From contig NW_021834164.1 in NCBI RefSeq assembly GCF_006345805.1, forward strand, positions 1 through 55,470: a stretch of 55,470 nucleotides of DNA. The letters run 5' to 3'. The notes below the pieces were generated by a model. The model searched no databases. It saw nothing but the letters and a program-made list of their open reading frames with translations, and had not been told where the DNA came from. Below are positions 50,971 to 55,470 of the stretch, piece by piece (within the stretch, counting starts at the first letter, position 1; every line of letters begins with the position of its first letter). The position numbers were made by a program, and so were the translations under genes. The DNA is from Octopus sinensis. Its lineage: Eukaryota.

Positions 50971-52336
50971 CTAGAGATTGTATATAATATGCATTTGTTA
51001 ACTAACCTCGGCCAGCATCAAAGCCACCACATCATAATGTTGGCTGGAAGTTATGGAAAGAGGGAAGAAAAACGTGAAAAATACAAACATCACAATGATA
51101 GAGATAATTAATAGTTATTAGGTCTTTAGAGAAAACGAAACTGAAACCAGTAACTCCCCAATACTGGGAGAATTTGTTTTGAAGAACCACCTAATTGGGG
51201 CCCCACTATTTTTACTGCATTTTAAAATAAATACATGGCATTGGAGCAATGACGATAAATTTCATACCATGAATGCCCAGGGAGGTTCGATTTCTTTTCT
51301 ACTCTAGGCTCAAGGCCCGAAATTTTGGGGCCTGTCGAGTAGATCGACCTCAGTATGCAACTGGTACTTCATTTATCGATCCCAAGAGGATGAAAGTCAA
51401 AGTCGACCTTGGCTGAATTTGAACTCAGAACATAAAGACAGACTAAATACCGCTAAGCATTTCGCCCGGTGTGCTAACGTTTCTTATTTTTTTACTGCCC
51501 ACAAGGGGCTAAACATAGAGGGGACAAACAAGGATAGACAAAGGGATTAAGTCGATTACATCGACCCCCAGTGCATAACTGGTACTTAATTTACCAATGC
51601 CGAAAGGAAGAAAGGCTAAGTCGACCACAGCGGAATTTGAACTCAGAATGTAGTGGTAGATGAAATACCGCTAAGCATTTCGTCCAACGTGCTAATGTTT
51701 CTGCCAGCTCACCACAATAGGAGGTTCAATTTAATTTCTGAAGGGCCTCTTAAATGGAGCCCCACTTACCCCCTTCTCCTATTTTTACTTGCTCCTGTGT
51801 TTATTGATTGAATTATGACCAGCATCAGTGCTTAGCATATTTGCAGAAGCTAACCTTGAAGCTGCCTTAACATAGAAAGGGATAAAGGTAGGTTAGGCTG
51901 AAACAATTTGTTTATGAAGCCTTTATCGTGTATCTAACACAGTGCTTTTCAACCAGGGTTCCGCGGAACTTTAGGGTTCTGCCAGTACAGTCCAGGAGTT
52001 CCGCAAGAAGTTGCAAAAATGCTAAAATCGACAGTAATTTTTAATTCTCCTGTGCAGACATGTGTGCAGGAGACAATTAAATTATTGCACAGGGGTTCCT
52101 CGAGCCAGTGAAATGTTTTCTTAGGGTTCCGCTCCAGCAAAAAGGTTGAAAAGCACTGATCTAACAAATACACAGAGCAAATTATAGAAGACATCATGAA
52201 GGTTAACTTTATCGACAGACAGCAAATGTATCTGATCAGTTTGATCAAAGTATACAGTAGAAGAAAATAACGACACATTGATATTCCATCCAGATTTTCA
52301 TGTAAATTTTCATTTTCTATTTTTACTTCCACATAG

Positions 52337-52546
52337 CGTTCGGTTCAGTTGGATATTCAGAACAAAAAGAAAATGTCACCATTGCTTGAAGCCGTTTCCC
52401 TGGGTCACCTCGGAATGACACACAAGCTAATAGCCCTGGGTGCAAGCATAAATGCTGTTGATGGTGATGGTAACAGCTGTTTGCACCTTGCCGTGAAAAC
52501 AGAAGTGTTTAATTCCGAGGATGCACCCATGGATTTACTAAACGAA
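52337..52546 (+). CDS. Ankyrin-repeat exon (MIB2-like ANK gene/pseudogene)
   Basis: TTCCACATAG| ... |GTAAGT, 210 nt, phase 0-0; RSVQLDIQNKKKMSPLLEAVSLGHLGMTHKLIALGASINAVDGDGNSCLHLAVKTEVFNSEDAPMDLLNE. Confidence 0.88.
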
Positions 52547-53178
52547 GTAAGTTTTTAAATTGTTTGTGTATATATATACATGTGTGTGTGTATGTGTCTG
52601 TGTGAATTTGTGTATTTGTGAATCTTTGTAGGAGTGTGTGAGAGAGAGACAGACAGACAGACAAGCTTTGCTTGTCATGTATCAATTCTCCCCTATCAAC
52701 CCCATTCTCCATTACCATTCCGTGATCCAGTCTCCTCTTGTGACCCGAGCGTTATAATGTAACAAACAATATTCCATCTCCTTTCACTCTCAAAGATGTC
52801 GTCTCACCACGGTCGAGAGGTGACCCATCTCGGTTGTTGGCCATATAAACACAGCCATCACAATGTGACGGAGAAGTGGCCTATTTAATAGAGGAGATAT
52901 TATTTTCAATTAACAATGATGCAGGATAGAAGAGATGTCTGAGCTTTATAGTGCTGGTGCCATGGTAAATACATCCAGTCCATTCTTTGAAGAATTCTGA
53001 GTGAAACTGCTCTCTATCCTACTTCTTGTACACGACATGAATCCACTGACTGCTTGTGGACATGTCATAACATTGTTCAATGTTAGGACACTAGAGAATG
53101 AATACAATAAAGCATGGTCCTTTGTGAAGTTTTCTGTATTTAAGTTCTGTACATAGGCACACAAACACTCATGCACAC

Positions 53179-53241
<63 letters not shown>

Positions 53242-54173
53242 CACACAAGTTATGATTTTGAGTTTGAGTATATATCTTGTAAAATGCTGTTTAAAGCCCG
53301 TTCACTGTATTCGGCTATCTGATGTCAGCAACAGTATGGACTTCAATTCTACTGGACTTTTTGCTGTCATCTCATAAATAAAGAAGTTTTTTATAATTCT
53401 TATATTTTTTCAAAATTATGATAAACAAAGTACTTTTTCTGTTAATCTAAAACATATTCTCCTTCATTTTCTACAATGCTCTTCCATCTATCTGGTAGAA
53501 TTGCAAGTCGCCTCTTCCAAAATTCACTTGACCGTGATTAAAAATACTCCTCCATTACTCTTCTGACTTGACACTAATTCCTGCTTCCTTTACTTTACCG
53601 TCATCATTCAAAGATGCTTCTTGCTTAATTATGGAAACATTATTGATATGTTTGGTCATGTCTGTGTGGTATTGACTTTGTTATGTTATAGGTGTTTTTG
53701 TTTCTGATATAACTTATGTTCTTTCTTCTCATGTTGTGTTATATTTATATATACAATACTCTTTCTTATGGCCACACGGTCGCCTTTATCAAGCCAATTA
53801 TATAGATAGGTTTTTGTTGGTTTGTTCTTCCTATATTTGATTTTTCTATTGAATATATTGTGATATTTGTGATTGACAAGTAAATATTTACTCATTAATT
53901 ATCAATGAGCTTGATGTTAATCAATACGGTTTGTCCTTCTCAATGTAATGACAATATATTTAGAGGGTGTCTCAGTGTTGAAAATAAAGTAAAAACATGA
54001 AAATGGGAAATGGACTCAATTAAAGATTATATAGCAAATCAATATTTTGTAATTGCTTTAATTGGTGGATAAACAACCTATGAGTAAATTTAGATTAACT
54101 TTTGTGTAATTAGGGGCATTTGTTTTGAATCTTTGTGTAATATTGTCATCATTTTATATTTCATCATTTGTAG

Positions 54174-54348
54174 TACTGCACCGCCCTCACCCTGAAAAGA
54201 AAAGATTGCTCTCTGGTATAGTGGTTGCTAGATATCTCGCCAGCCAGGGAGCTGACTTTCACCATAAAAACAACAAAAATAACAAACCATTGGACCTCAT
54301 TAAGGACCCAAATTTGAGAAAAATATTAGAAACATTTTTACCACCACA
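54174..54348 (+). pseudogene. Last ankyrin-region exon with apparent 1-nt frameshift
   Basis: CATTTGTAG| in phase 0 reads YCTALTLKRKDCSLV-stop (TAG 54219-54221). The ankyrin-like LSGIVVARYLASQGADFHHKNNKNNKPLDLIKDPNLRKILETFLPP is in a different frame. Donor CA|GTAAGT, phase 2. Confidence 0.72.
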
Positions 54349-55261
54349 GTAAGTATTTCCTGGCAATGGAACAGATAAATGAGTACATTCTCTATTTTGT
54401 ATATAATCATATTTATATGTTTATTTCGTTTTAATTCTACGATATACATTATACTGTCGCTAGTGTTTTTGTCAAAGGCCACACAATAAACAATATGCAG
54501 TTGTTAAGAGATCAAAGAAAGAACACGATTTTGATTACATTCACATGATTCATAGTGTTGCCAGTTATACTTCACTGTCCATCACCACCTACCTCTCTTC
54601 GTTCCCTATTTTAAAGATTTGTGATCAATAGGAAAATATAGATCAAAATAATGAAGTGAATGAATTCCATTTTGAAACTGTTACTTAGAATTAAGTGGAG
54701 TTTATCTGTCTACCAACATCTTTTTCTCACTCTTCTATGTCCGAATCAGTCAATATTACGAATGATTTCGTAGAAAAATAACCTACAAACACACACCAAC
54801 AGTGTATATATTATATTTCTGCAAATACTGATGGAACATCGCCACATATCTTCATAGAGAAAAAAAATGCCAGGCAACGTAAATAATTCAAGTAACACAT
54901 ATACCATTACTAGGTGTTTTAGTCGCCTTTCACTCCCGTATTTTATAAGATTTGGCAATTTCTTTGCCATACATCTCTCTGTATTTGCTACTTAAGAAGC
55001 AGACACATTTCCCCCTCAGTGAATATACAAAACTTTCTTTGTCTGTTGAAATTCAAATATTACTCTTTTACTTGTTTCATCATTTGACTGTGGCCGTGCT
55101 GGAGCATCGCATTTAGTCGAAAAAATTCGACCCTAGAACTTATTCTTTGTAAGCCTAGTACTTATTTGCCGAACCACTAGGTTATGGCAACATAAACACA
55201 CCAACATCGGTTGTGAAGCGATGGTGGAGGGACAAACACAGACAGACAAATAAATACACAA

Positions 55262-55302
<41 letters not shown>

Positions 55303-55470
55303 TATATATATATATGTGACGTGCTTCTTTCAGTTTCTTTCTACCAAATCCACTCACTTGCCCAAATTGCCACGCAGTGGGACTGAACCCAGAACCATGT
55401 GGCTGGTAAGCAAGCTACTTACCACATCTACTCCTGCACCTATTGTTCATAGATATTGATTTTTGGTCTG

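Overview
Repeat-dense eukaryotic genomic DNA, almost certainly from an octopus/coleoid cephalopod (inferred from the recurring SINE and RTE-LINE families and the TA/TAA/GAT/TCTA microsatellite load). Most ORF-track calls are microsatellite or wrong-frame artefacts; the real genes are spliced. (1) + strand, 1-10508: a 5'-incomplete six-exon gene. It encodes a very acidic D/E/S-rich region, a CCxGW (EMI-like) segment and four very Arg-rich EGF modules in an A-B-A-B exon array. (2) - strand, 36719-27584: an intact spliced 3' gene half encoding RING-HC finger + two 51-nt microexons + Death domain. The microexons are tandem-duplicated derivatives of the first Death-domain exon, and a fourth copy has a dead acceptor. 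(3) + strand, 48749-54348: ankyrin-repeat exons with a stop, a mutated acceptor and a frameshift. The last exon is phase-compatible with the RING exon on the opposite strand, suggesting one ANK-RING-Death (MIB2-like family) gene split by an inversion, in a zone rich in fold-back inverted duplications. Mobile DNA includes Tx1-like, R4/Dong-like, Hero-like, RTE, CR1/L2-like and Penelope fragments, a Helitron helicase fragment, a Chapaev-like transposase remnant, a TTAA-flanked piggyBac derivative, MITEs, three SINE families and a 712-bp higher-order tandem repeat built from an RTE 3' region. Family assignments come from motif recognition only, with no database search; repeat boundaries are approximate.
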